Shown: one piece after another, positions 51,830 to 60,081 of the stretch | Numbering within the stretch: the first letter of the stretch is position 1 | Layout of the letters: each line of letters starts with the position of its first letter | Assembly: GCF_964204645.1 (NCBI RefSeq) | Contig: NC_134026.1 | Span: forward strand, 13,700,050 to 13,764,049 | Source: Tubulanus polymorphus | Taxonomy: Eukaryota; Animalia; Nemertea | Reading direction: 5' to 3' | DNA: 64,000 nucleotides | Notes under the pieces: generated by a model | The model's input: only the letters and a program-made list of their open reading frames with translations | What the model was told of the DNA's origin: nothing | Database searches by the model: none | Translations under genes and position numbers: made by a program

Positions 51830-53143
51830 TTACTTTTCTGATTCTAATTCTGAAAACAATTTGCTCCATGCATCTCTTAATTCTTGTGATCTTCTTTCAC
51901 CTAATAGTTTAAAATGATAACCATTACCATTCAAACCCTTAACAAAGAATTCATAAGTTAAATAAATATATTGGTTTAATTTGTCTTCACTTATATTTTT
52001 ATATTCATTTTTTGCATCATTTCTTATTTTATTTATAACATCCTGTGAAAAATCTTCATAACGATAGTATTGAATTATTTCATCAAAGTTATCACTTATA
52101 TTATCATTAGAAGCAACTTTTTTCAATTCTGTTAAAAAATCTATATTTTTAAATTTTATGAAATAATGTATACCCCAATAATTATTTAGATCAATTTTTA
52201 TATATAACCGACGAGTTTTTAGATCTGATAATACTTGTTTTGGATTATTTCTTACATAATCGATAAAAATTGATCTATATAATTTCCTATGATCATTATT
52301 TTTGATATCAAAAAATGCATTTGGTACTCTATAAAGGTTATTTAAATCAGCAGCTTTTATTGTGTGTTCAAAAGAATTATCATGTTTAATTCTATCTTTA
52401 GGTAATACAACAACATTACACTTTTCACATATATTTCTTTCTATATTATCCAAATGTATCTGTGTTAATTTATGCTTTGAAAAATTACTACGACTTATAT
52501 ATTTATCACATTCTTCACAATATTTATCTTCTTTAACATTATCATTATCAATTTCACTATCATTATCCAATTCATTTAAAATCTTATTCTTATTTTTCTT
52601 ATGCTTGAGTGAATTAAGATGAGTTGCCCAATTCTTATAACTTTTATACTGTTTACATACGTCACAATATTTTTCATTTGTCTTTTTTGATTCAATATCA
52701 TATGTAGAGGGTATATTATAAGATATAGATCCTGTTACATCTTCTATTTTATATTCAATATCATTCTTATCTTCTATTTTATATTCAATATCATTCTTAT
52801 CTTCTATTTTATATTCAATATCATTCTTATCTTCTATTTTAGTTTCAATATTATCTTCTATTTTATATTCAATATCATTCTTATCTTCTATTTTAGGTTC
52901 AATATTATCTTCTATTTTTGTTTCAATATTATCTTCTATTTTTGTTTCAATATCTTTCTTATCTTCTATTTTTGTTTCAATATTATTATTACGTTCAATT
53001 AAATATTCTTTGTATTGATTTAATTCATTTAATAAAAATGTTCCAATATATTCATTTATTCTTTTATAAGGTATTACATAATACAAATCATCATTGATTT
53101 CTTTATCAGCTTTGATTCTTTCATATACTTTACCTCCTTCCAT
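51830..53143 (-). CDS. Zinc-finger protein with IEDKNDIEYK/IEDNIETK peptide repeats (437 aa)
   Basis: Three CxxC-x11/12-H-x5-H fingers; coding minisatellite ~52741-52985. Confidence 0.8.
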   Translation of the reverse strand: MEGGKVYERIKADKEINDDLYYVIPYKRINEYIGTFLLNELNQYKEYLIERNNNIETKIEDKKDIETKIEDNIETKIEDNIEPKIEDKNDIEYKIEDNIETKIEDKNDIEYKIEDKNDIEYKIEDKNDIEYKIEDVTGSISYNIPSTYDIESKKTNEKYCDVCKQYKSYKNWATHLNSLKHKKNKNKILNELDNDSEIDNDNVKEDKYCEECDKYISRSNFSKHKLTQIHLDNIERNICEKCNVVVLPKDRIKHDNSFEHTIKAADLNNLYRVPNAFFDIKNNDHRKLYRSIFIDYVRNNPKQVLSDLKTRRLYIKIDLNNYWGIHYFIKFKNIDFLTELKKVASNDNISDNFDEIIQYYRYEDFSQDVINKIRNDAKNEYKNISEDKLNQYIYLTYEFFVKGLNGNGYHFKLLGERRSQELRDAWSKLFSELESEK

Positions 53144-53175
53144 TTAATATAAGATTTTTTATTAAAGTTAAAATT

Positions 53176-54423
53176 TTAATACATAACACTATCTAATTGT
53201 GAATTAACAATATTTAATTGCGCGTCAGATATAATATAAATGTGCATTTTAAAATTTTTGATTCCCTTTTTCTTTTTCATAAATAATTGTATTCCATCTT
53301 TTGTATTTTGTAATTTTTTTCCAGAACCATGTAATGAATTATCTTCAATTGTTCTAAAATCTAACCATAATGCATATTTATTACCGGTATAATAATCAAT
53401 TTGATTAATGTTACAATTTTCAAATGATTTTATTTTTTCATTCATAAAATGTTTTTTAATTTCTACCCATTGATCTATCATTCTCATTCCTTGACAAAAT
53501 ATTTTATTCGCTATACCTTCGATAGTTATTTCTACTTTTGTTATTTCAGGATTATAATAATTGTCAACATTTATTGCGCCATTAGTATACGTTCCAATAG
53601 TAAAAAATATTAATATACCTTTAATAGATCTTCTAGGAAAGTTAATATTCTCATTAATTATTTCATCATTTGCATTAATAGTTACAGTTTTAAATTTATC
53701 AATATAATCATATAATAATGAAAACCCTTGATTATATTTAGTTTGAATTATACTTGAAATATTTTCATCAGTTACTGTATCATATTCTAAACATATATTC
53801 GATAATTTATAACTCATATCTTTATTAACACTAGATATTACAATTTCATTTACAGGAGCAAATGTTATCTCAAATATAACATCTTCTTGAATTGCGTATT
53901 TATATAAAGGTGCATTATTATTTATCAATTCAAAGTCTAATGGAATTTTATATTTGCTTCCATATATACTTTTTATCAATTTATCTACATCATTTGTTAA
54001 TATTGCGCTATTAGCTTCTGATCTTAATTTATTTTGGTTTTCTGATTGGATTCCTTGAAATATCATATTATTTCTATTTTCTTTAGTTAACCATAAATCT
54101 TTATAGTGCATAAATAAATTATAATCATCTAATGAAAAAACTGTTTCCGGACCAATCTTTATTGTTAACTTTTTAATCAAATATCTTCCAACATTATCAA
54201 CGACATAATTATTATTATTACCAGATACTTTTATATCAGCCGATAAATAAATACTATTTGGAACATAAAAAGTATTTTGTGTTAATCGAGGGATTCTAAC
54301 GTATAAAGTTTCATCGGGATTAATATTTGAAGGGTTATGAGTAATTATATGATGTGATCTTTCTGCTTTAATAGCATTAGATATTCTATGATTCTTCGAA
54401 GGACTTATATAACTCCCACTCAT
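53176..54423 (-). CDS. Probable major capsid protein (double jelly-roll)
   Basis: 415 aa, beta-rich; ITHNPSNINPDETLYVRIPRL, LWLDFRT, YIISDAQLNI as in invertebrate Polinton MCPs; the best-conserved gene between the two copies. Confidence 0.8.
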   Translation of the reverse strand: MSGSYISPSKNHRISNAIKAERSHHIITHNPSNINPDETLYVRIPRLTQNTFYVPNSIYLSADIKVSGNNNNYVVDNVGRYLIKKLTIKIGPETVFSLDDYNLFMHYKDLWLTKENRNNMIFQGIQSENQNKLRSEANSAILTNDVDKLIKSIYGSKYKIPLDFELINNNAPLYKYAIQEDVIFEITFAPVNEIVISSVNKDMSYKLSNICLEYDTVTDENISSIIQTKYNQGFSLLYDYIDKFKTVTINANDEIINENINFPRRSIKGILIFFTIGTYTNGAINVDNYYNPEITKVEITIEGIANKIFCQGMRMIDQWVEIKKHFMNEKIKSFENCNINQIDYYTGNKYALWLDFRTIEDNSLHGSGKKLQNTKDGIQLFMKKKKGIKNFKMHIYIISDAQLNIVNSQLDSVMY

Positions 54424-54444
54424 TTATTTAACAAATAAAATTAA

Positions 54445-56127
54445 TTATTTATTTTTTATCATGTTTACTAACCCAAAAATAATAGCACTTACAACTGTAA
54501 TTAAAAATAAAATAATATGTTCAGCAGCAAAGTTAAGAATATTACCTGCAGATTTCAATATAAAACCAACAATTGAAGCAATAACTCCTGGCAATGCTGC
54601 AGCAGATTTTTTAGATAGTTCCCATAAATATTTTGCTAATTTCTTTAAACCATCTTTAACTTTATCTTGTATAGAATTATTACCTGGAGGTTTATCTGGT
54701 TTATTGGGAGTAGGAGTAGATTTCAAAGCATTTGATATTGCTAAACCAATTGTTGTAAATAACATAGTTACAGCTGTTAGAATTGAGAGAATTGTTATTC
54801 CTTCTAACTTAAATAATAACTTTATTCTGTCTTTTAATGATATTTCAGAATTTGGTTTAATCAACAAATCTTTAAAAATAACTTTTAATCTATTAATATT
54901 ATAATCATATGATTTTAATAATAATTTAATTTCTTCTTTTTGTAATTCTATGTTATATTCTAAATCATCTTTTTCTTTTTCTAAATATACATTTCTTTTT
55001 TTAAATTCAATTTCTTCAATAACTTTATTATCTCTATCTAATTTTAATTGTTCTATTTCTTTATTTTTATCAGTTCTATCTTTTTCTAAAAATCTAATTT
55101 TAATATCTCTTTTACTTTTTTCATGCGCAATTTTATCAGCTGATTCTTGCATACCTTTAATTTCTCTACGTGCTTGTTCAGGAAATGCTTCTAATTCATC
55201 ATCAGTTAAATCAAATAATCCTTTTTCTAGTAAAGATTGTATTCGATTTATTCCAGCACTATTCATCAGTTCTTCTGAATCTCTTAATCTATCAATTTGT
55301 TTTTCTAATTGTAATTTACTTGAATCATTATCAATTTGTTGAGTGTCTCTTCTAGATGTTTCGGGTGTTGAAGATCTTAATCTATCTAATCGATTTCTAT
55401 TCTCTTCCATTTCTGGATCAAAATCAGTAGGATTTGGATTTGGATTTTTAAATGGATTTTTAAATGGTGAATATTTGTTTATATCAATTTTAGGAATTGG
55501 TTCTTTTTCATTTATTCTATCGATTGCATTCCATATAATTCTGAGAAATTCTGTGCCACCTTTTGAATGTTCAATTGTAGATAATGCTCGCATTTCAGGT
55601 TCATAAATATTTTCTTGACCCATTTTAGATAATTGAATTGATACAATTTTGTTATTTAAATCAAGATTATAATACCATGCATCATTTTTAAATTCTAAAT
55701 TATTCATGAAATATGGGTCATCTTTAAAAATTTGTTCTACAACACCTTTTGGATCAATTTCATGTATTACAGCTATTGGTAGTAATTCGTTAACAATTGT
55801 ATCTGTTACTCTAGATTTCATTTTATATAATTCCAAACGTTCATTAGGATATTTTTCTTCTTGTTTTACTAATAGTTCCATGAATTCTTTTCTTTCTGTT
55901 CTAGTTGAAATTTTACCACTTTCAAGAGCTTCTAAATATTTATTTAATTTTTCACGTACTTCGGTATTAATTCCATCATCATCATCATAATCATCTTCAC
56001 CTAAATTAGTATTATATGCTGATTCATCATCATTATCGATATTAGCACCTGCATCATTATAATCATCATCAATATATCCTTCATTATCATTTCCCATGTC
56101 ATCCAATGGAATATCTTCTACATCCAT
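54445..56127 (-). CDS. Acidic/coiled-coil protein with C-terminal hydrophobic helices (560 aa)
   Basis: D/E-rich N-terminus, coiled coil, EGITILSILTAVTMLFTTIGLAI, ALPGVIASIVGFIL and C-terminal TM. Confidence 0.8.
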   Translation of the reverse strand: MDVEDIPLDDMGNDNEGYIDDDYNDAGANIDNDDESAYNTNLGEDDYDDDDGINTEVREKLNKYLEALESGKISTRTERKEFMELLVKQEEKYPNERLELYKMKSRVTDTIVNELLPIAVIHEIDPKGVVEQIFKDDPYFMNNLEFKNDAWYYNLDLNNKIVSIQLSKMGQENIYEPEMRALSTIEHSKGGTEFLRIIWNAIDRINEKEPIPKIDINKYSPFKNPFKNPNPNPTDFDPEMEENRNRLDRLRSSTPETSRRDTQQIDNDSSKLQLEKQIDRLRDSEELMNSAGINRIQSLLEKGLFDLTDDELEAFPEQARREIKGMQESADKIAHEKSKRDIKIRFLEKDRTDKNKEIEQLKLDRDNKVIEEIEFKKRNVYLEKEKDDLEYNIELQKEEIKLLLKSYDYNINRLKVIFKDLLIKPNSEISLKDRIKLLFKLEGITILSILTAVTMLFTTIGLAISNALKSTPTPNKPDKPPGNNSIQDKVKDGLKKLAKYLWELSKKSAAALPGVIASIVGFILKSAGNILNFAAEHIILFLITVVSAIIFGLVNMIKNK

Positions 56128-56143
56128 TTACATAATAAAAAAA

Positions 56144-57439
56144 TTAAAATTTAAAATATAATATTCCTCCGATTACAATTCCTATACAAGTTATAGCTAT
56201 TTTAGTATTTTCATGGGATTTATTATCATCATTTAGTTTAATTATATCATGTTGAATTTTATCAGTTTTTATATCTTCTGATGTATTGTAATCTTTTATT
56301 TTAGAATCATTATCCAATTTAATATTCTTAGTTTTAGTTTCTGTTGATTGAATGTGTTTTTTATTTTTTTCACCTTCAATTAATTTTGGAGCAGTAATAA
56401 TCTTTTTATTTATATCATTTAATCCAAATGAATTATTTATTGTTGCAGTTTTAATTAGATTATTATAACCAATTATGTTTCCCATCTTTAATACTAAATC
56501 ATTAGAAATAATTAATAGATTAGGTCCTATACAATAATTTAATCTAATATGTGATTTATCTAAATAATTTTGATATCTTATAATGTTTTCTGGAATCGAT
56601 CTATTTTTATCATCATGTATGGAATCTTCAAATAAAACTTTAAACTGTTTCTGCGCATCGAATGAAGTGTTATCATTTCCAATTATTGGGGATCTTGTTT
56701 CAACTTGAGCGCCTAAAATACATATCAAATAAATTCTAATAGATTGATTTATTCTTTGTATACCTGATTTTGTAAAACCTTCACCATTTTCTAAAATGAA
56801 ATTAACCCAACCATTATTATTATCAATTTTATAATTATGATAAGCTCCAATTCTATGCATATAATCAATTCTTTTTATTTCATACTGTTCACCAACACCT
56901 TGCAATTTACCATGCGCTCTGAAATCGGAATTAATATTTATATTAAATTCATTACATATTTTATAAAACTTGGATATATTAATATTATCATCCAATTCTT
57001 TAAAATATTTAGACCCGGGTAAAGGACATTCTAATTCATTTAATATTATTCTGATTTGAAAATATGTGTGAAATCTAAATATTGTGTGAATTAATTTTAA
57101 ATCAGAATACTTCAAATTTTTATCTAAGTTATTTAAATGATCATTCCAACTAATTCCACATCCTGTTGTTGCACAATGAACAGCAAAATTTAATTGATTC
57201 TGCCAATATTTCATATTAGATTTTACTTTATATATATGATATTCATCTCGAGTAAAAGTAACTTCATATGTATTAAATATATTTTCCATTTTAGAAATAA
57301 AAAACTGTGATTCAGTAACATAAATTTCTAAATTAGTTAATGAATTTAAAACTACATTTTTATATGTAATATTTTTCTTAAAATCTGGAATATTATATTT
57401 AATTGATTTATTATATTGGAAAGCTTTTGGAAACCCCAT
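56144..57439 (-). CDS. Conserved Polinton protein (431 aa) with C-terminal membrane anchor
   Basis: WQNQLNFAVHCATTGCGIS motif; terminal IAITCIGIVIGGILYF. Confidence 0.8.
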   Translation of the reverse strand: MGFPKAFQYNKSIKYNIPDFKKNITYKNVVLNSLTNLEIYVTESQFFISKMENIFNTYEVTFTRDEYHIYKVKSNMKYWQNQLNFAVHCATTGCGISWNDHLNNLDKNLKYSDLKLIHTIFRFHTYFQIRIILNELECPLPGSKYFKELDDNINISKFYKICNEFNININSDFRAHGKLQGVGEQYEIKRIDYMHRIGAYHNYKIDNNNGWVNFILENGEGFTKSGIQRINQSIRIYLICILGAQVETRSPIIGNDNTSFDAQKQFKVLFEDSIHDDKNRSIPENIIRYQNYLDKSHIRLNYCIGPNLLIISNDLVLKMGNIIGYNNLIKTATINNSFGLNDINKKIITAPKLIEGEKNKKHIQSTETKTKNIKLDNDSKIKDYNTSEDIKTDKIQHDIIKLNDDNKSHENTKIAITCIGIVIGGILYFKF

Positions 57440-57455
57440 TTATATAATTAAAAAA

Positions 57456-57890
57456 TTAATAATTTATTAATTCTTTTAATAATTTATCTTGTTCTTCAAC
57501 TGTTATATGACCATTTAAACTTATTGTATAATCTAGTGTGTTCTTTAATTTATTAATTTCTTTTATATTAGTTTTAATTTTTTCTTTATTACTTTTTATA
57601 TTTAATTTTGAACTTATACCAGTTAAAACACTTGAACTTAATCCTAACACACCAATTGATATAGCTAAAGGTGTTAATGGACTAAATATTGCTAAAAATG
57701 TTATTACAGAACTAATTGTAACCGAACCACTTATAATCAAATAATATATAATTTTACTTTTTAAATATTTTTCCTTTTTTATCTTTAAGTCACTTTCAAA
57801 TTCTAATATTTGTTTTTCTAAATATGTTTTTAATTTAGTTTTATTTATATCATGAGGAATAATATCAATACTATCAACTTTATCTTCCAT
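57456..57890 (-). CDS. Two-TM membrane protein (144 aa)
   Basis: Hydrophobic hairpin flanked by K/E coiled coils. Confidence 0.78.
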   Translation of the reverse strand: MEDKVDSIDIIPHDINKTKLKTYLEKQILEFESDLKIKKEKYLKSKIIYYLIISGSVTISSVITFLAIFSPLTPLAISIGVLGLSSSVLTGISSKLNIKSNKEKIKTNIKEINKLKNTLDYTISLNGHITVEEQDKLLKELINY

Positions 57891-57909
57891 TTATTTAGAA
57901 TAAAAATTA

Positions 57910-58332
57910 CTAATTAGTAAATTTATAAGCAACAAATATAACAATAACAGTTCCACCTAAAATCCATATTATTTCATATTTCTGTTGTTCTTTACTTGGG
58001 GTATAATAATCTGATAATTTAGGTTTGTATAGATGTAATTTTTCTTTATTTGTTACTGCGTTATATAAACTCATTGCATCATCAACTGATTGAAAATCTC
58101 TATGTGAAATCTTCTGATCATATAATTCTTTATTGATGTAATCCATATAGTTTTGTCTCTTTTCTCTATATTCTTCTGCAGCTTTATTATATTTCTCTAA
58201 CGCTAAGTTATGTCTTCTTTGTTCTCCTAATGAACTATTTTTATCAATATGTTTAAATAAATAACCACCACCAGTAAATGCCAAGGCGTTAACAATTGCC
58301 GATCCTATAATAGTTATAATTGCAGAAGCCAT
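57910..58332 (-). CDS. Conserved small protein with N- and C-terminal hydrophobic helices (140 aa)
   Basis: IGSAIVNALAFTGGGYLF..EQRRHNLALEK; C-terminal TM. Confidence 0.78.
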   Translation of the reverse strand: MASAIITIIGSAIVNALAFTGGGYLFKHIDKNSSLGEQRRHNLALEKYNKAAEEYREKRQNYMDYINKELYDQKISHRDFQSVDDAMSLYNAVTNKEKLHLYKPKLSDYYTPSKEQQKYEIIWILGGTVIVIFVAYKFTN

Positions 58333-58355
58333 TTATTTAGCAAAAAATTATGCAT

Positions 58356-58577
58356 TTATATGGGAGGAATATATTTTTGTTTTTCCAAATAATCAATAGT
58401 TAAATTAGATAAAGTAACTGCTAATGTTAACTTTAAAATATCATTTATATCAAATCTATCAACATTAACACTTCCCATTTTGAATACTTTTTTTAATACC
58501 ATTGAATAACCAACAGTTCCAACTGATAGTAATGCACCATTATATAATCCAGTTATTATCCACTTATTATCACTCAT
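58356..58577 (-). CDS. Small hydrophobic protein (73 aa)
   Basis: Intact, tightly packed ORF with TAAATG start. Confidence 0.7.
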   Translation of the reverse strand: MSDNKWIITGLYNGALLSVGTVGYSMVLKKVFKMGSVNVDRFDINDILKLTLAVTLSNLTIDYLEKQKYIPPI

Positions 58578-58919
58578 TTATTTATCAAAAAAATTACTAT
58601 CATCAAAATATTTAGTTAACTTAGTGATGATTAATTCAACATTTATTTCATTACTAGTTTTATGATTATCATATATTTTGGTTAATATGTTTTTAATATC
58701 ATCAATAATTCCATCTTCATTTAATTCATAATATTCTAAAGGTGATTTAATTAAATCAATTACTTTTTCTATATTATAATTTTCTTTATTAATCATTGAT
58801 GCATTGTTAAATGATTTACTTTTTATATCAGTAATTACATCATTTAGTTTAATTCTCATTTCTTTACCATGTTTAAAATCAAACCCAAAACATATACTCG
58901 GTCCAACAGTTATATTCAT
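58578..58919 (-). CDS. Hypothetical protein (113 aa)
   Basis: Intact ORF, TAAATG start, stop abuts the next ATG. Confidence 0.7.
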   Translation of the reverse strand: MNITVGPSICFGFDFKHGKEMRIKLNDVITDIKSKSFNNASMINKENYNIEKVIDLIKSPLEYYELNEDGIIDDIKNILTKIYDNHKTSNEINVELIITKLTKYFDDSNFFDK

Positions 58920-58935
58920 TTATATATCAAAAAAA

Positions 58936-59694
58936 TTACTCTTTACATCTTATAACTAATTCATAAATTACAGGGAAATTATTTAAATCAATTAAGTATC
59001 CATTATGATTTCTAATTTCTAATCTAAAATTATTAAAACGAGGAATGCATGGTTTGAAATCACATTCTGTTAAATTATAATTTATTTGCGTTCCAAATTC
59101 TTTAACATTCTTCAATGGTAAAATGTTTAGTAAACCAGAATTACAAGTTATATCTTTAGTTGCTTCGAATGTTTTTGTAGGATCGATTAAATTGCAATAA
59201 ATATAAAAATGTGTAAAAGGCATTATATTTGGTGTAGCATCAGCATTGCGTATCCTTATATCTGGGGTTATTCCTAAAATTTTAGCTAAAGGTTTTTTAA
59301 CTAGAAATTGATGTTGATCTTCATTACCTAATTTTATTCTTATTTTATCAGAACTATCACTTTTAATCAGTCTTAATCCAAATCCAGCAGATGCACCCAT
59401 TTTCAACCGAGCTCTTCTATTAATTTCTTGAGCTAATGTTTCTAAATTATATAATCCTGGTTTAAGATAAAGATGAAACCATTTACTTTTATTTCTATCA
59501 TGAATTAAAAAGACTCTATGTTCAATAGACTTATCCGATACATTGTAAATAGAATTACATAAACTTATATTAACTAATTTTAAATCTACACAATTCTTAA
59601 ATTCTCTGTCTAATTGTACTAATAAATTATGTGATTTATAATTTGTAAGTTTTCTAGAATCAACAAATATTCTGTATTCTTTTAATTCCACCAT
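58936..59694 (-). CDS. Probable minor capsid protein (penton, single jelly-roll)
   Basis: NSIYNV, LKPGLYN, FYIYCNLI, LLNILP, LEIRNHNGYLIDLNNFPVIYEL pattern typical of Polinton pentons. Confidence 0.75.
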   Translation of the reverse strand: MVELKEYRIFVDSRKLTNYKSHNLLVQLDREFKNCVDLKLVNISLCNSIYNVSDKSIEHRVFLIHDRNKSKWFHLYLKPGLYNLETLAQEINRRARLKMGASAGFGLRLIKSDSSDKIRIKLGNEDQHQFLVKKPLAKILGITPDIRIRNADATPNIMPFTHFYIYCNLIDPTKTFEATKDITCNSGLLNILPLKNVKEFGTQINYNLTECDFKPCIPRFNNFRLEIRNHNGYLIDLNNFPVIYELVIRCKE

Positions 59695-59711
59695 TTATTT
59701 TACATATTTTC

Positions 59712-60053
59712 TTATTCGAAATCTATTTCATGGTGCCCTTTTTCATTCTTACCTTTATATACGAAATAGAAATCTCCAGAACATAATTCTTCTAGATCTT
59801 CACTTGATAATCTATGAAATCTATCTGGTAAATAAGTTCTGAATTTATATTTATTTCCTTTTAATCCTTCATATTCTAAATGAATTACTAATTTATCTCC
59901 ATATTTATTAGTAATTGTTTCAATGTTAGTAATTAAATATTTCTTGTGAATTGTTAACTCAGTTAGTTTTTTAAATTTATAATCTACAGATTTGACGCTT
60001 GAAGTATCTTTAATTCTATCTAAGAATTCACTGTGTACTTGTTTACTCTCCAT
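59712..60053 (-). CDS. Small beta-rich protein, possible OB-fold ssDNA-binding protein (113 aa)
   Basis: FKKLTEL..KYLIT..NKYGDKLVIHL..TYLPDRF; lies directly downstream of pPolB. Fold is inferred. Confidence 0.65.
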   Translation of the reverse strand: MESKQVHSEFLDRIKDTSSVKSVDYKFKKLTELTIHKKYLITNIETITNKYGDKLVIHLEYEGLKGNKYKFRTYLPDRFHRLSSEDLEELCSGDFYFVYKGKNEKGHHEIDFE

Positions 60054-60081
60054 TTATTATACAAATTTTTATTGAAATTGA

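Noticed and set aside
54461-55990. Plus-strand ORFs antisense to the 560-aa gene (and similar ones at 52362, 56837, 57538, 43283-44807)
   Set aside because: Shadow ORFs of real minus-strand genes; no motifs and no TAAATG starts.
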